This document shows positions 13,907 through 28,878 of a stretch of DNA of 64,000 bases, one piece after another. The notes beneath the pieces are model-generated. The model was not told where the DNA came from, did no database searches, and saw only the letters and a program-made list of their open reading frames with translations. Origin of the DNA: Eledone cirrhosa (lineage: Eukaryota). Positions within the stretch are counted from its first letter, which is position 1. Each line of letters begins with the position of its first letter. A program made the position numbers and the translations under genes. Location of the stretch: NCBI GenBank assembly GCA_964016885.1, contig OZ024740.1, positions 69,068,001-69,132,000 of the forward strand. Direction: 5' to 3'.

Positions 13907-13961
<55 letters not shown>

Positions 13962-13981
13962 TATATATACATATATATACA

Positions 13982-14029
<48 letters not shown>

Positions 14030-14036
14030 TACATAC

Positions 14037-14082
<46 letters not shown>

Positions 14083-14085
<3 letters not shown>

Positions 14086-14640
14086 CCCTTAGTAATGAAT
14101 GCATTACCAAAAACGTGGTATACAGGTGCAAGGTCACAACCCCTAACTCGGAGCACCACTACATAGAATCCACAGCGACGAGCTTCAAATCTCGGTGGTA
14201 TAACCATCGCCATTCCTTTAACAGAATAGATAAGAGGAAATGTACGGCCCTTTCTGAACTGATCTGGAAGCTCAAACTTGAAAAGACCCCGCACTCACCG
14301 GTCTGGTCCGTGGTTAGAAAGGTTCCCCCAGGCCTGGTATTTGCAACCTCTGTCTTAGTGAGACACTCGAGATTCTTCATGACGGAACCAAGCTATTAAA
14401 CAGAAGGGCCGACTTATACGGTGCCTGCAGACACCTAAGCACGGGAACTTTCCTCAAGCTATATGGATAAACCCCGGTTACGGCCTCGCACAAGACCCCC
14501 CCCCCCTTCGGTAGGTCCCCTACACCCCGTACCAGTGACCATTCGTCAACAACAACCATCCATGGTTTGCGGTCCTTATGGTGGATGGTCCACAGCATCC
14601 TCTACTGGTTGGGAGTCATATAAACAATGTTTTATTGAAC
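14083..14640 (+). mobile_element. 5'-truncated Penelope-like element (GIY-YIG endonuclease tail + 3' UTR)
   Basis: [46 protein letters not shown]; then CNLCLSE, LLNRRADLYGACRH; starts at (TA)n. Confidence 0.85.
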
Positions 14641-15575
14641 CTGATTTTATATATACATATATGTATAAATGTATCATGTGTATATATATGTGTATTTTAT
14701 GTGTGTATGTATGCGTATCTTTTATATATGTGTGCGTATCTGTATGTATACATTATATATATATATGTGTGTATGTGTGTGTGTATTTCTTTTTATATAT
14801 ATATATATGTATGTCTTACGTGTGTATATATTTTGTGTGCGTGTGTACCTATGTATATATATATTTTTTTATCTTTTTGTATGTATATATTTCATATATA
14901 TGCATGTTCTGTGTATATATATATTTTATATATATGTATATATATATATGTATACTTGTGCGTACATGCATGCATGCATATGTATATATGCACACCTTTA
15001 TGGATGTGTGTGTGTAGATGTGTGAGTGTATGTACAAGTGAACCAGCATAAACCCTTTATTTCTAAATTTTCTAAACTATCTAAGTATTGAACTCTAAAC
15101 ATTATATTAAGTATTACCACCCCACGTATTGTATGTGTAGAAGTGTGTATGTGTCTGTGCAGGTGTGTGTGAGTGTAGTGCAAGCCAACCTACATAAGCC
15201 TTTTTATTTGTAAATTTTCTACTCCAACCACAATTTACAGTAGCACCACTCCACATAAATTCCTCAATTTAAGAATGACCTGTAGTATCTATTTCATACT
15301 ATTATCCTTATTTAAAAATATATCTGACCAAGAATGCCTTTTGTGAAAATCAGTCATGTGGAACTATTGTCATCGTGCCTGATAGTTTGAACCCTACAGA
15401 ACCACCTGCCTCTTTGAGGTCAAATACCAACCTACTACCATCTACAAACTGACCAATGAGAATCAAGACAATTCCTGCTGACAACATCAAAATATTCCTA
15501 ACAAGCTCATATGTCCAAAGGCTCTGATACCATCAACACTATACACACAGAGCTGGCATATCTAAGAACTGACTA

Positions 15576-15631
15576 ACTGCCTGATGAAGTCATAGTCATT
15601 CAATGGCTATCATCGAAATATATATAACAGT
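15576..15631 (+). ncRNA. Type I minimal hammerhead motif (family C), probably at the 3' end of a decayed PLE (~15290-15680)
   Basis: ACTGC-CTGATGA(15581-15587)-ATAGTCAT/ATGGCTAT stem II-GAAA(15615-15618)-TATATA-TA-ACAGT, then AATAAA; first stem I pair is a C.A mismatch. Confidence 0.6.
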
Positions 15632-16080
15632 AAATAAAGGATTATGAGTTCATGCAACTGACTTATGTTTCGTCACCATATATATATATATATATATATG
15701 AAAAACAAGGGGAAGAAGAATACTGCATGGTTGCACATGGATTACATATTATAAAATTAGTCCCTCATCAGTAATTTTGCCAACCATCATTGGTATTTCA
15801 TCGCATTAAAAATCAGCTCCCTCAGGTTGGTGCGAGCAATAACTAAAATAAACTATTGGGACAAGTGAAACGCGTAAAGCGAGTGAGACAAGTAAACAAC
15901 AGAAGGGAAAGCAAACCGAAGGTTGGAAAACAGCAAGCCACATGGTAGTTATCCGATCAGCATAAGTTGAGTGAATTTCATGAACGGTCAGAGAGCAGAC
16001 CGTACGCCGTGAGTGCGGAGTGAGAAAGTAGGAACCCCACTAGTAGCGAACGAATAGAGGTCTAACACACGAGTTATGAT

Positions 16081-16572
16081 ATATTGGTAGAAGGAAAAGA
16101 AAATGCTGACAAATTGTTCCCAGTGAAAAATAGTTTATTAGGAATAAGTAAAAATTAGTAATAGTATTGGTTAGTATTCAGTTTTGGTTTTAAGTTTTAC
16201 CGGTTGCGCATTTCTAATGCTTTTCAAACATAATTTTGAGCGCCCGTGATGTTTGATAATCTGATTAGTTTTGGAAATTCTACCTGTTTTATGTAAAAAA
16301 AAGTGGCTCCAGATGTATGAAAAAATTATTGTGGTCAAAACAATTTTGATTGGTCGGTAGAGGTAATGTGAATGTTAAAAATTGATTTTGCGCCGAATGT
16401 AGGTTTGTCTCGGCTGATTGAGAAGTCACTGAAAAATAAGTCTTTCAAGACAAATATGTGTGTGTGTGTGTGTGTAGTAACATTAAAGAGGTTCGTTGTT
16501 GTGATAATGGTCAGCAGGGATGTGTGTGCGACCCGCAGCCTATTGACAGTTCAAATGCCTATTAAGACAAGT

Positions 16573-16610
<38 letters not shown>

Positions 16611-17855
16611 CTCTGTGTATGTTAATGTACGCGTATGTATGTGTGTGTATATATGTATGTGTGTGTGTATATATATGTGTGTGTGTAGAGAGAGAGAATG
16701 TGTGTGTGTGTGGGTGGACCAGTATTTTTGTGATACTGGTAAAATTGGTGTACATTATTCGATATTTTCAGTAAAAACGATTCTCTCAATAGAACATCAG
16801 AAACCTTAACAATAAAAGGTGTGAAATGATATATAGTATTGACATAATACCAAGGGGTGTGTGAGTGTCCAGATTGTACGTACTGCAAGGGGAATCCATT
16901 AGGCCTTGCCGTATTGGAATACTTGTGTACAAATATGTATGTGCCCACCAGTTTGCAATGCATGTGTGCGTTTATGTATGTGTGTGTGTCGGCACGTTTA
17001 TATCTATAGACATCAAAAGGTATGCAAATTTGTGTATATTTGTGTTGCACCATAGAACATGTGTGTTTACGTATGTCATTGTGTTTATATGTGGATAGAG
17101 ATGTATGCTGATGAAGGGATGTATGTTGACGGGTCTATGTTGTGGGTTCGTCTTAGGGAGATGTGTTTAGACGGGGTACGTATTTGTTAATAAAGTGAGA
17201 TTCCTTGCAGATGCGCTGGGTGTGGGTGGCATTATCTTTAAATTTATAGAGGGGAAAGATTCTGAAGTTGGGATGATTTTGAGCAGCACAGGTATCAATG
17301 TGTTCGCTCAGTGGTATTTTCCTGTATTCCCGTATTTTAAAATCTATAGACAGTCATGCGTTGGCGGAGGCTATTTTTGGTCTGGCCTATATATTGTATT
17401 CGACAATCTGAACAAGTCAATACATATATTAGATTTTCTGATGCGCAAGTGAAATTGTGTTTTACTATAAAACGTTGTCCTTCTTTGAAATAGAATTCCG
17501 AACCCTCTATTAGGTTGATGCATATGCCACAGTTGGGTCTATCGCATTTTTTTTACTGTGGGTTTCCTTGTTGTGGTTGGCAGTACTTTGACATGTTAGG
17601 ATGTTTTTCATTGACTTAGATTGTCTTTTGCTCTTTATGATATCGTGTGTTCGTAGGATTTGGTTCATTCTATGGTCCTTTTTCAACACAGGGATGTACT
17701 GGAGGATGGTGTCAAAGGCCTCATTGTTGAGGGTGTTGTGTGTGGAGATGTATGGAAGAGCTTTTAGTTTCGGTTGATTTACGTTAGGGTGTCTAAGGTC
17801 CTGGGTACTGAGTTTTAGGGCACAGTGGATTCCATTGTCAACTACTCTGCTACAC

Positions 17856-17917
<62 letters not shown>

Positions 17918-18422
17918 ACACACACACACACACACTTGTCTTAATAGGCATTTGAACTGTCAACAGGCTGCGGTTCGCACACACATCCCTGCTGACCATT
18001 ATCACAACAACGAACCTCTTTACTACTACTACTACACACATACACACACATATTTGTCTTGAAAGACTTATTTTTCAGTGACTTCTCAATCAGCCGAGAC
18101 AAACCTTCATTTGGCGCAAAATCAATTTTTTACATTCACATGACCTCTACCGACCAAACAAAATTGTTTTGACCACAAGAATCTTTTCATACATCTGGAG
18201 CCACTTTTTTTTACATAAAACAGGTAGAATTTCCAAAAATAATCAGATTAGAGCAAACATCACGGGCGCTCTATCTCAAAATTATTTTTGAAAAGCATTA
18301 GAAATGCGCAACCGGTAAAACTTAAAACCAAAACTGTATACTAACCAATACTAACTTTTACTTATTCCTAATTAAACTATTTTTCACTGGGAACAATTTG
18401 TCAGCATTTTCTTTTCCTTTTA

Positions 18423-18430
<8 letters not shown>
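16081..18430 (-). mobile_element. 5'-truncated Penelope-like element (Neptune-type linker + GIY-YIG at ~17195-17848) flanked by ~500-bp inverted pseudo-LTRs (16081-16590 / 17915-18430)
   Basis: Minus strand: LPYISTHN, CNRPNCGICINL, FTCASENLIYVLTCSDCRIQYIGQTKNSLRQRM; the arms are diverged reverse complements. Confidence 0.85.
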
Positions 18431-18478
<48 letters not shown>

Positions 18479-20524
18479 GTGTATAATTGTTTCTCATACT
18501 TTGCTCGGTTTACGAATGAATTTGTCTCTCCGGATGAAGAGAGTACATTTCTGTTGTTGGTTTTGTTACGTAGTTTCAGTTTCTACAGCTTCCTAATTTG
18601 TAATGAAATATGAATGTCTAAGAGGTAACGAAATGTTATGTAATTTGTAGTAGAGGAGGCACTGAAAATGTTTTGAAGAAATTTGTTTTTTTATGTTGTT
18701 ATTCCTTCTGTTATTATTGATGTTGTTTTTTGGTTAACCTTATATCGGTTATGATTCACCGTTCTATGGTAAAAAGCCATTTAATAACGACCATCCAAAC
18801 AGGTTTCCACGTAGTATGTACCTAAAATATCATTATTTAATATATTCTTCCTTTTTAAATGTATTACTATATCATATATAGAAGCGTCGATTTGGGCAAT
18901 ATGTAATAGATTAGTCTGATAGCGTTTATTCACAGGCCATAATTTAGTCTTATTTTACTTATGTGAGTTTCAGTTAAGGAAACATCTATTCTATGAGGAG
19001 TCATGAAGAGCTTTGATAAATTTCCCTTATCAAATTACAGCTGCCTTAAAGTGTTTTGTTTCAGTGCTATTCTGTAATACAAATTATATCTAGAACTTTT
19101 AGTCAACATTTTATGAAATCGAAATACGTGTAAGGATGTTCACACCATTCTATTACATTCTTAATTTAATAACATGTATACATTAATTGTGTACACGAGA
19201 AAAGCACTTATACAGATTTACATATTCAATGAACAGCTAGACGAGATGAGTGAGCAACTAAAGATTAATCCTAAAACCCAACGGAGATCCGTTTAGTATA
19301 CTTTTTTCAGATACTAGTTGTGTACATGCTGTATACATTTGCGTGTATAGCAGAAGGATGAATTGCATTTGGCGGAAATTAAAGATAAGATTGCAGAAGA
19401 ATACACGAGGTACATCCGGAAAATGTAAGGAAAAAAAACAACGAAACGTATAACATTAGTATAATTAAAGCTAGGCTATTCCAATAATGTCATATTCTAC
19501 AATCTTTCATTACTATTTCCTGAAATAAAATGCTACCGTAATAATTGAAAGTGGGATACATCCGTAAAACAGAGTTAATTAACTGTATATAACAATAAAC
19601 GTGGAAATAGAACACATTTGAATGCAACAAACACCGTGCTGTGCTTTTGCCAATAGTATGTTAAGAAACGTAAAAGTAGGTTTATGCGTATAACAATGCA
19701 GAACAATGGCGAACACACGATCTAACAAAGTAATATCCTATGCTATCGCGCGACACTTTGGAAATTTTAGTAAAATTCTCTATCTAATTTTATGCGACAA
19801 ATACGTTAAGTAAAAATCCCAGGAATTTAGTTGATATTGCAAGGAACTAAATTTCGGGATATTTTAATATTAGTTATTACCATGAATATAAATAGAAATA
19901 AAGGCAATTTATAATCCAACACTGACATAATATCTCCTAGATATACAAAAAGGTGGGATGGTCACGTCTGCAATACCTTCGATTATAGAGCTGATGTGCA
20001 ATAGGTTAGACAAGTATTATATTGGCAATTGTCTTTAAGCTGAAAATGAAAGGGGAGAATATTTAAAATGAGAGAAAGGAAAAATGTATGGGCTATTTTG
20101 TCAAACAAATAGAATAATCTCTAGAAAGATGAACACTCGGCATGACACAAAGACGGTTAAATGTGGAATAGAAATAGAAATATATTTAATGGCTGCGCAA
20201 TAACACGCGTTCACAAACCTTGTAAAAGCAAGAGACATGAATTAAACGAAAGAATAGAAGACAATCCTTACCATATTTGTCAGGCAGTTGACAAGTAGAG
20301 GAAAGAATCAATCGCTTAGTATACAAAGATAGATAATTAGGACAAACAAAATTACAAATAGAAAATATGACATTGAAGAGAAAATGAGAGACGGAAGACA
20401 GGTTAGTAGGATATATGACTTCAATGTGGGTTAAAAACGATACTATATTTAGACAAATATGGCTGATCTTATTATAGAAGAAAACACACCAACCCATGAC
20501 ATGGAATGAAGAAAATTACTTGGA

Positions 20525-20707
20525 AAAGTTGAAAACGTACACATTATCAAGAAGAAACACGGTGGATATATACATATATATGTGTGTGTGTGTGTATATA
20601 TAGCGTATATATGTATATATATATATTGTTTGACATAAAAAACTTGCACACCGCCACAGACTCACACGCACACACACACACACAAATACACACACATACA
20701 CACACAC

Positions 20708-20739
<32 letters not shown>

Positions 20740-20930
20740 GTATGTGTGTGTGTATGCGTGTGTCCGTGTGTGTGGATGTGTATATGTGTGTGTGTGAGTC
20801 TGTGGCGGTGTGCAAGTGTTTTATGTCAAACAATATATATATATATATATACGCTATATATACACACACACACATATATATGTATATATCCACCATGTTT
20901 CTTCTTGATGATGTGTACGTTTTCAACTTT
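20525..20930. repeat. ~145-bp inverted repeat around a (CA)/(TA)/(TG) spacer
   Basis: AAAGTTGAAAACGTACACAT..CTTGCACACCGCCACAGACTCACAC mirrored at 20790-20930. Confidence 0.8.
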
Positions 20931-21113
20931 CAATCATAGGGGGAATGTGCAATTGGTTAGACAGATATTACAATACCAATTATTTTAATGTTGGCAACTT
21001 AACCTATTTAGGTCTGAGATATTTAACTGATAACCATGAATCTGTATGGATTGCATTTAATGAAATCGTAAACGGAACTGTTTTACCGCCCGAATATTAT
21101 CAAAAATAATATA

Positions 21114-21305
21114 GGGGTGGATTGGCAGTATTAGTGGTGAGTCGGACGCCATGCTTTGCAGCTTGGAGTTATTCCCCTTTATGATCTGAGTTCAAATCCC
21201 GCCGAGGTTAACTCTGCCTTTCATCCTTACCGGGTCGATAAAATAAAGTACCACTAATACACTGGGGTAATTGCTGGTCTTGTGCTAAACCTAGAAAGAA
21301 TTATT
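21114..21305 (+). mobile_element. tRNA-derived SINE
   Basis: B-box GAGTTCAAATCC and the family body CCGAGGTTAACTCTGCCTTTCATCCTTACCGGGTCGATAAAATAAAGTACC. Confidence 0.85.
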
Positions 21306-22351
21306 AAAAATAATACTATCAATCAGGTAAAGAACTGGTGATATATGCATTGTTTATTACCCATATATACTGCACATCAAATATAGTCTCTATATCAACG
21401 CGCTGTCCTATACTGGTTCGGCAGAAAATATAGTTGTAAATAGCACGTATTTATCAATAGGACAAACATTGAACATAGTGTAAAGAGAAAAAAATAAGAG
21501 AATACTAGTGTTGGATATGTATCTGAACATTTTTTAAAAGAGGAAGGACCATATTAACCTTGGTAGTATTTGATCTCCGAATGTAAAGGGAAACAAATAC
21601 TGTAAGGAATTTTACCAACCCCCTCAACTGTATTTAGCTTCGACGAAACTAAAATGTTACACATTTCTTTCCGTTTTTTTTTTTGTTTTTTTTTATACAG
21701 GCCCTAAAAATATATATAAATATAAGCTGGCAACAATTTATCGTTCATTGTCTGATATACAAATACTTCACACAGCAGAGCAGTTTGTACCCGTAGAAAT
21801 TGTATTATACAAAGGGTGGACATAATTATTTGACCACATATATTATTCATTTGTTAATACTAAATTTAGAATAAACAGCAAACGTGAACCGGAAGAATTA
21901 TTTCTATTATAGAAATAATTATATATTTAGTTTCATTTTGACGACCACTATGAGGAAATATTTCACTTTCATGAAGATTAGGATTTATTAACATCCCTAG
22001 ACAATATTTAAATGCATATTGTATAAGCTAAGGCGAATTTAGCACTAAATTCTGCATCAGTTCATATGATGTTCTTATTATTTTAAATAAAAAAATATAT
22101 GGTCATTGCTCCATTTCACACGGTTTTTTAAAACTATCTTTATATTTATTTTCCTATCTCACTAAATTGCGTTATGAATAAATTTTCCTATTTCAATTTC
22201 TTCAAATACCTTCCTATTCATGATTTTTATTATTTTCATAAATACGATTTATACATTATTGATATGTGTTGTATGATTGTTTTTACAGTAGTGCACCAGC
22301 GATCGTATATTTTTCTCCTTCGAAACGCAATCATTTACACAAAAACACACG

Positions 22352-22404
<53 letters not shown>

Positions 22405-22560
22405 ATGCATATGTGTATATGTATATGCATGCGTGCATGTATGTATTCATGTGTGTATGTGTGCCTGTATATATCGAGATAGGTTTATACATTTATTCTT
22501 ATTCATATATATGTATATATATATTCATATATATGTATATATTTATATATATATATATAT

Positions 22561-23353
<793 letters not shown>

Positions 23354-23382
23354 TGAATGAGTAGGTTTGTGCGCATGTGTGA

Positions 23383-23446
<64 letters not shown>

Positions 23447-23555
23447 CGTAAAATAAGAAAATTATAAAATTATCTTACTAAAAAATCACTTCCAACTAAT
23501 TAATTTCTGGAGTGGTATGCATCTGTGTGTATATAAATGTTACTAGATATAAATT

Positions 23556-23674
<119 letters not shown>

Positions 23675-25288
23675 GTTGGTGTAAATTTACGGATAGTTTA
23701 TAAAATTACTCATATATCTTTACCTGTTTCAAATGTTGGTTAAGGCCATACTGGAGACCTTGAACAATGGAACGGTAGGCAAATGTGCGTGTCGTGTTTG
23801 TGCAGGGTTCATGCTATTTTCTTTATCGTTAACATTGTAGTATGTGTACTGCCCAATATATACAAACACATACACTCAGGCTTCCATACATGTACATATC
23901 TTACTCTTTATATATATATATATTGAAAAAATTTGAACAGGGACAAAACAGAGAGGCAGTACAACGAATGTTTATTAATATATTTATATATATATAGTTT
24001 TCATTTATTAATATCATTGATATATTTATAGATATATATATATGTATATATATATATGTGTTTAATCATATATATCCAGAATTAGCCGTCGAAACGGCTT
24101 GAGCTCAGCCGTCGGGGTCTTACTTGTTCCTATATATGTATATATATATATACATATATACATATATATAATTATGCGTATATATATATATATATGCGTA
24201 TACATATAAATGTATATGTATATATGTATATGTATATATGTATATGTATATGTATATATGTATACGTATATATGTATATGTATATATGTATACGTATATA
24301 TGTATATGTATATATGTATATGTATATATGTATATGTATATATGTATATGTATATATGTATATGTATATTTGTATATGTATATGTATATATGTATATGTG
24401 TGTGTGTGAATGTCCGTGTGTGTGTGTATGTATGATCTACAGGTAGTGTGTGAATGCTATAATTCAGATATATTTAAATGTATGTGTATGAATGTGTGAA
24501 ACACACACGAAACGATGAGTAGAGAGAAAATGAAAAAAGAAGAGAAAGAAAGATTGTGAGAGTGGTATAAATGTGTTTCTTATGCAGGTATATGCGTGTG
24601 AGCGAGAGCAACCTCATTATATTATCCATTTTTCTGGGAGGTAATAAATTTATAAAGACACCTGCAACACTCAGTTGCACACAGCTACAATAATTGTTCA
24701 CCGTTGATGCTTTATTCGCACCAAGATGAAGCTGGAAAGCAAACAAGGTCTATACGGGATTGGAATTGACAAGCGCGTAATTATAGTGCAACTTCTATCT
24801 GACTGCAACACCAATTAGGTGGTATGATGCCGAAATTGCGTCGGAATAAGTTATGGCGACCGCGACTCGCATGCCCCTTTTTTCTTTTTTTTTCACTAAT
24901 TAGAACGTGGCATGGTCAAATGTGTCATTGGCTGAAAATGTTATCGAGATCTCGCTTTCGCTTTATACGTGTCTCTCACGTCGTACGTCGTGCAGCATAT
25001 ATGTGTGTGTCTTTTTGCTCTTTATTTATGCATATATGAGCGTGCATATATACACATGGTACTTTATAATCAAGTTTAGCATTTCGCAGGCAAGCATTTT
25101 TCTGTCACTAAGCATAGTAGTTGCTAGTGTGATATTTTAAGTGATTTAGAGAAGAAAACTGGGGTATAGCATCTACGCTGTTTCAAAGTTTATATGAAGC
25201 AAAGTGTTGAAAGAAAAACCGATTTATAAAGACTTGAAATTAATAGCACCAATTACAGCTTAAAGAAAGTTTATTAAAATATGTGAAA

Positions 25289-25400
25289 TTCTTCTTCTTC
25301 TTCTTCTTCTTCTTCTTCTTCTTCTTCTTCTTCTTCTTCTTCTTCTTCTTCTTCTTCTTCTTCTTCTTCTTCTTCTTCTTCTTCTTCTTCTTCTTCTTCT
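25289..25400. repeat. (CTT)n microsatellite
   Basis: Pure trinucleotide run. Confidence 0.98.
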
Positions 25401-25419
25401 CAGAATTACTGGTTCTGAG

Positions 25420-25637
25420 ACTTTATTAGAAATTACTGAGAGTGTCGAACAAACTGACTTGCACAATTTGTTTCGGGTATTTGCGCTCTCGTTTCACATC
25501 CAACTGGAATCAAATTTGCCCTTCATCTTTACGGGTTTGATACAATATAGTACGATTTAATTACTGGGGTCAATCTAATCAAATTTCTCTTTCCCTAAAC
25601 ATTGCTGGTATAGTCTCTAAATTAGGTATCATTATTG
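25420..25637 (+). mobile_element. Diverged tRNA-derived SINE
   Basis: TCAAATTTGCCCTTCATCTTTACGGGTTTGATA.. body and ATTATT tail, as in the other copies. Confidence 0.65.
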
Positions 25638-26376
25638 TTAATGCCAGCAAATAAAGCACTGCCAAAAGTATACCCTATTGTTACTTCCTTCTAAATAAGT
25701 TGGGTTTCGTTGTGGTAGTATTTTCATTTGTGTCATCAAAATAGTTGATTTTTATTCATGACATGTTCTGGTGAACCTACATGTGACATATATCTACATA
25801 TGAAATATCACATATAAGTACATGTAACATTTATGTTTATCTCGCAGCTTTCGCTTTGTTTTACTGCATGTGAACTCTTATTTCAATTTCAAATTACCAA
25901 ATACAGTTTACAATAGTAATATAACTAGGTATGGCATTACGATTGTAATTTGAAAGCTATTGCTAGTGAGTATTTCAACACTTAGAATATTGTAAGTATG
26001 TTTCAACAGGTAGAATGGAACAATTTCAGTGCTGATATTTCCCTCATATATATTTTTATTCTTTTCTTTAATTGTTACTGTTTCGACGAGCTTAACCCAC
26101 TTATTTCAACATTCTCGTCCGTAACGATGTCTATACTTCAGATTTCTACTTCATTTCTCTATAGTTCAGTATTTATTTCTAGTCTACTGTTTTGGGAAAT
26201 ATTGTAGAAGACCTTTGACTTCTAGTAATTCTATCTTATGATATAATTCTACTCTATTTCACTCTTTTTTCCCTCTCCCTCTTCATATCATCCCTTGTTT
26301 ATTTTGTTAAGTTCACAATGAGTGCTTACTTTCATCTTCAATATCTTTGTATTTTTGTTTCCTGGAGTATGTGCCC

Positions 26377-26437
<61 letters not shown>

Positions 26438-26442
<5 letters not shown>

Positions 26443-27520
26443 GAATAATTGAGTATCGAAAAATCGGCGCACGAGTTCACGATAAACAAAATTCGACATG
26501 AGTGGCAGAGGGCTCAATAATTCAGATAAGTCAGAGCTATAACTATCGTTAAAATACCAACACACATAGATCATGTCTAAAATCAACCATACGACCGAAA
26601 AATTACGATCCGGAAGATTCGGGTCACTCAGATAAAATATCAATAAATCAATAAATCATATGAATGTAAAAAGCTTACCCGGACCCACTAGAAAGATGGT
26701 AAATCTAGCTTCTTGGGTTTCTGTAAATCCTTAAATCGCCCACTATCAGCCCACATAAAAATATATATACTTCTAGGGAGCGGCGGACAGGAAATACTTT
26801 ATCAACGAGCTTTGTCGAGACGAATAAAAAAGCACAACCCTAGCTGAAAACGCACATGGAATCCAGCAAGGGAGATATCCTCAATATCCGCGAAAAATAT
26901 TCGGGAATGTAGAAAATCACATATCGAATAAGAGTGCTCAATAGACATGTTAAAATAAACAGGAGCCATTCATCATTTAATAGAATCGACAAAAAATGAA
27001 CAATAAAATTAACTGGTCAATAGCTAAGTCTAGAGCTAAATATAGTAGAATAACCGAGTATCGAAAAATCGGCGCACGAGTTCACGATAAACAAATTTCG
27101 ACATGAGTGGCAGAGGGCTCAATAATTCAGATAAATCAGAGCTATAACTATCGTTAAAATACCAACACACATAGATCATGTCTAAAATCAACCATACGAC
27201 CGAAAAATTACGATCCGGAAGATTCGGGTCACTCAGATAAATTATCAATAAATCAATAAATCATATGAATGTAAAAAGCTTACCCGGACCCACTAGAAAG
27301 ATGGTAAATCTAGCTTCTTGGGTCTCTGTAAATCCTTAATAAATCCTTAATAAAATAAAATAATGTGTTACGGATTAAATTCATAGATATGTATAACCAA
27401 TATATCAACGTATTATTAGATATAGGGATGTATATATATAGATATATATTAGGTATTATTAATGTAGTATACTTTAGGTAAATGATAACAGTTATACTCT
27501 TAACAACGTGTTACATTTAA

Positions 27521-27553
<33 letters not shown>

Positions 27554-28720
27554 AAAAACGAACAATGAGTGCATGTATAAAATTCAAAATAATGTCTATA
27601 ATAATTTTTAGTTTGGATATTTTCTCTATATTTGAATCATGTATATAGAAGTATGGTAGGTATATTTAAAAATATATAAAATACAATATATAACTACATA
27701 TATATTATAAAACATTATATTATAAATAAATAAATAAGAGATCGAAAGTACAGCGAAAAAATTCACATTTATATATAAGTTTGAATCTGTCTCAAATTTA
27801 GATATTATAGTGCAGTAAGTATATTTAAAAGAAGTCTATGCTATATTATACTATAAATAATAAATCAAAAAGTCATTAAACATTTGGAGTTATAGATAAG
27901 TTTCGTAAACATTTTTGGATTGGGTATTAAAACTAAAATTTAAAAGATTACAAATGTATTAAAAATTCACAGTTAAATAAATTCAATAGATATGTAAGGA
28001 TTAGGTATTGTACTAAATTATAGATAAATGAAGGTGTTGATCAAAGTTAACAAATAAAGTTGTGTGTATCAATGTTTAGGCATACTAATTGAAATATTGT
28101 CATTCATTCTAAAGTTGTTTTTTCCATAAATATCCATAAAATAAAGCAATATTAAAGGCCATTGATGTTTTTTACAGTTGATTATATATTCATGGTAACC
28201 GAGTTGATATTGATTCTTTCTTTCTTATTTTAGATTACAAATGTTTTAGATTACAAATGTATTAAAAATTCATAGTTAAATAAATTCAATAGATATGTAA
28301 GGATTAGGTATTGTACTAAAGTATAGATAAATGATGGTGTTGATCAAAGTTTACAAATAAAGTTGTGTGTATCAATGTTTAGGCATGCTAATTGAAATAT
28401 TGTCATTCATTCTAACGTTGGTTTTTCCATAGATATCCATAAAATAAAGCAATATTAAAGGCCATTGATGTTTTTTTACTGTTGATTATATATTCCTGGT
28501 AACCGAGTTGTTATTGGTTCTTTCTTTCTCGTTTTATGTGAGGCTGAAAAAGTGGACATAGCTTTATGGAGGCAATTACAGAATAATTCACTTTTTTTGT
28601 TAATTAAGGTCTCATAATTATTAATAATCAACAGTGTCTCCATTGTACAGAGCGGGCAGTTATTTGATATACTAGAGTTGCGGTAAATTTCACAGTTCCG
28701 AAGTTTTGGATGATTTCTTC
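26438..28720 (-). mobile_element. 3' part of a Penelope-like element: GIY-YIG C-terminus (~28540-28720), AT-rich UTR with a ~300-bp duplication, and partial-tandem terminal repeat (26438-26733 / 27040-27337)
   Basis: CPLCTMETLLIINNYETLINKKSELFCNCLHK matches the C-terminal motif of the other PLEs here; near-identical ~295-bp direct repeats; ends in (TA)n. Confidence 0.7.
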
Positions 28721-28846
28721 TTAGAGTTCGAGAATGAACATTTATGGTTCGCGAAACGAAGTTTGAATGTGGACGAGGTTGATCAAATCTACTGCAAAAC
28801 TTATTCTTTGACATAATCATCGAATATTGTTTAACAGCGTAATACT

Positions 28847-28878
<32 letters not shown>

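Larger units (their letters stand above)
12832..13914 (+). repeat. Tandem array of 310-bp non-coding units (3.5 copies) carrying hammerhead ribozymes; retrozyme-like
   Basis: Unit starts at 12832, 13142, 13452, 13762; copies appear identical; ends in (TA)n; no ORF. Confidence 0.95.

Noticed and set aside
12832-13914. CRISPR array
   Set aside because: Whole units repeat with no unique spacers; eukaryotic context; no cas genes
15745-15835. Minus-strand CTGATGAG in a repeat shared with 11640-11820
   Set aside because: No downstream GAAA in either copy
20186-20497. 103-aa minus-strand ORF as a host exon or PLE N-terminus
   Set aside because: No recognisable motif or splice signals; unsupported
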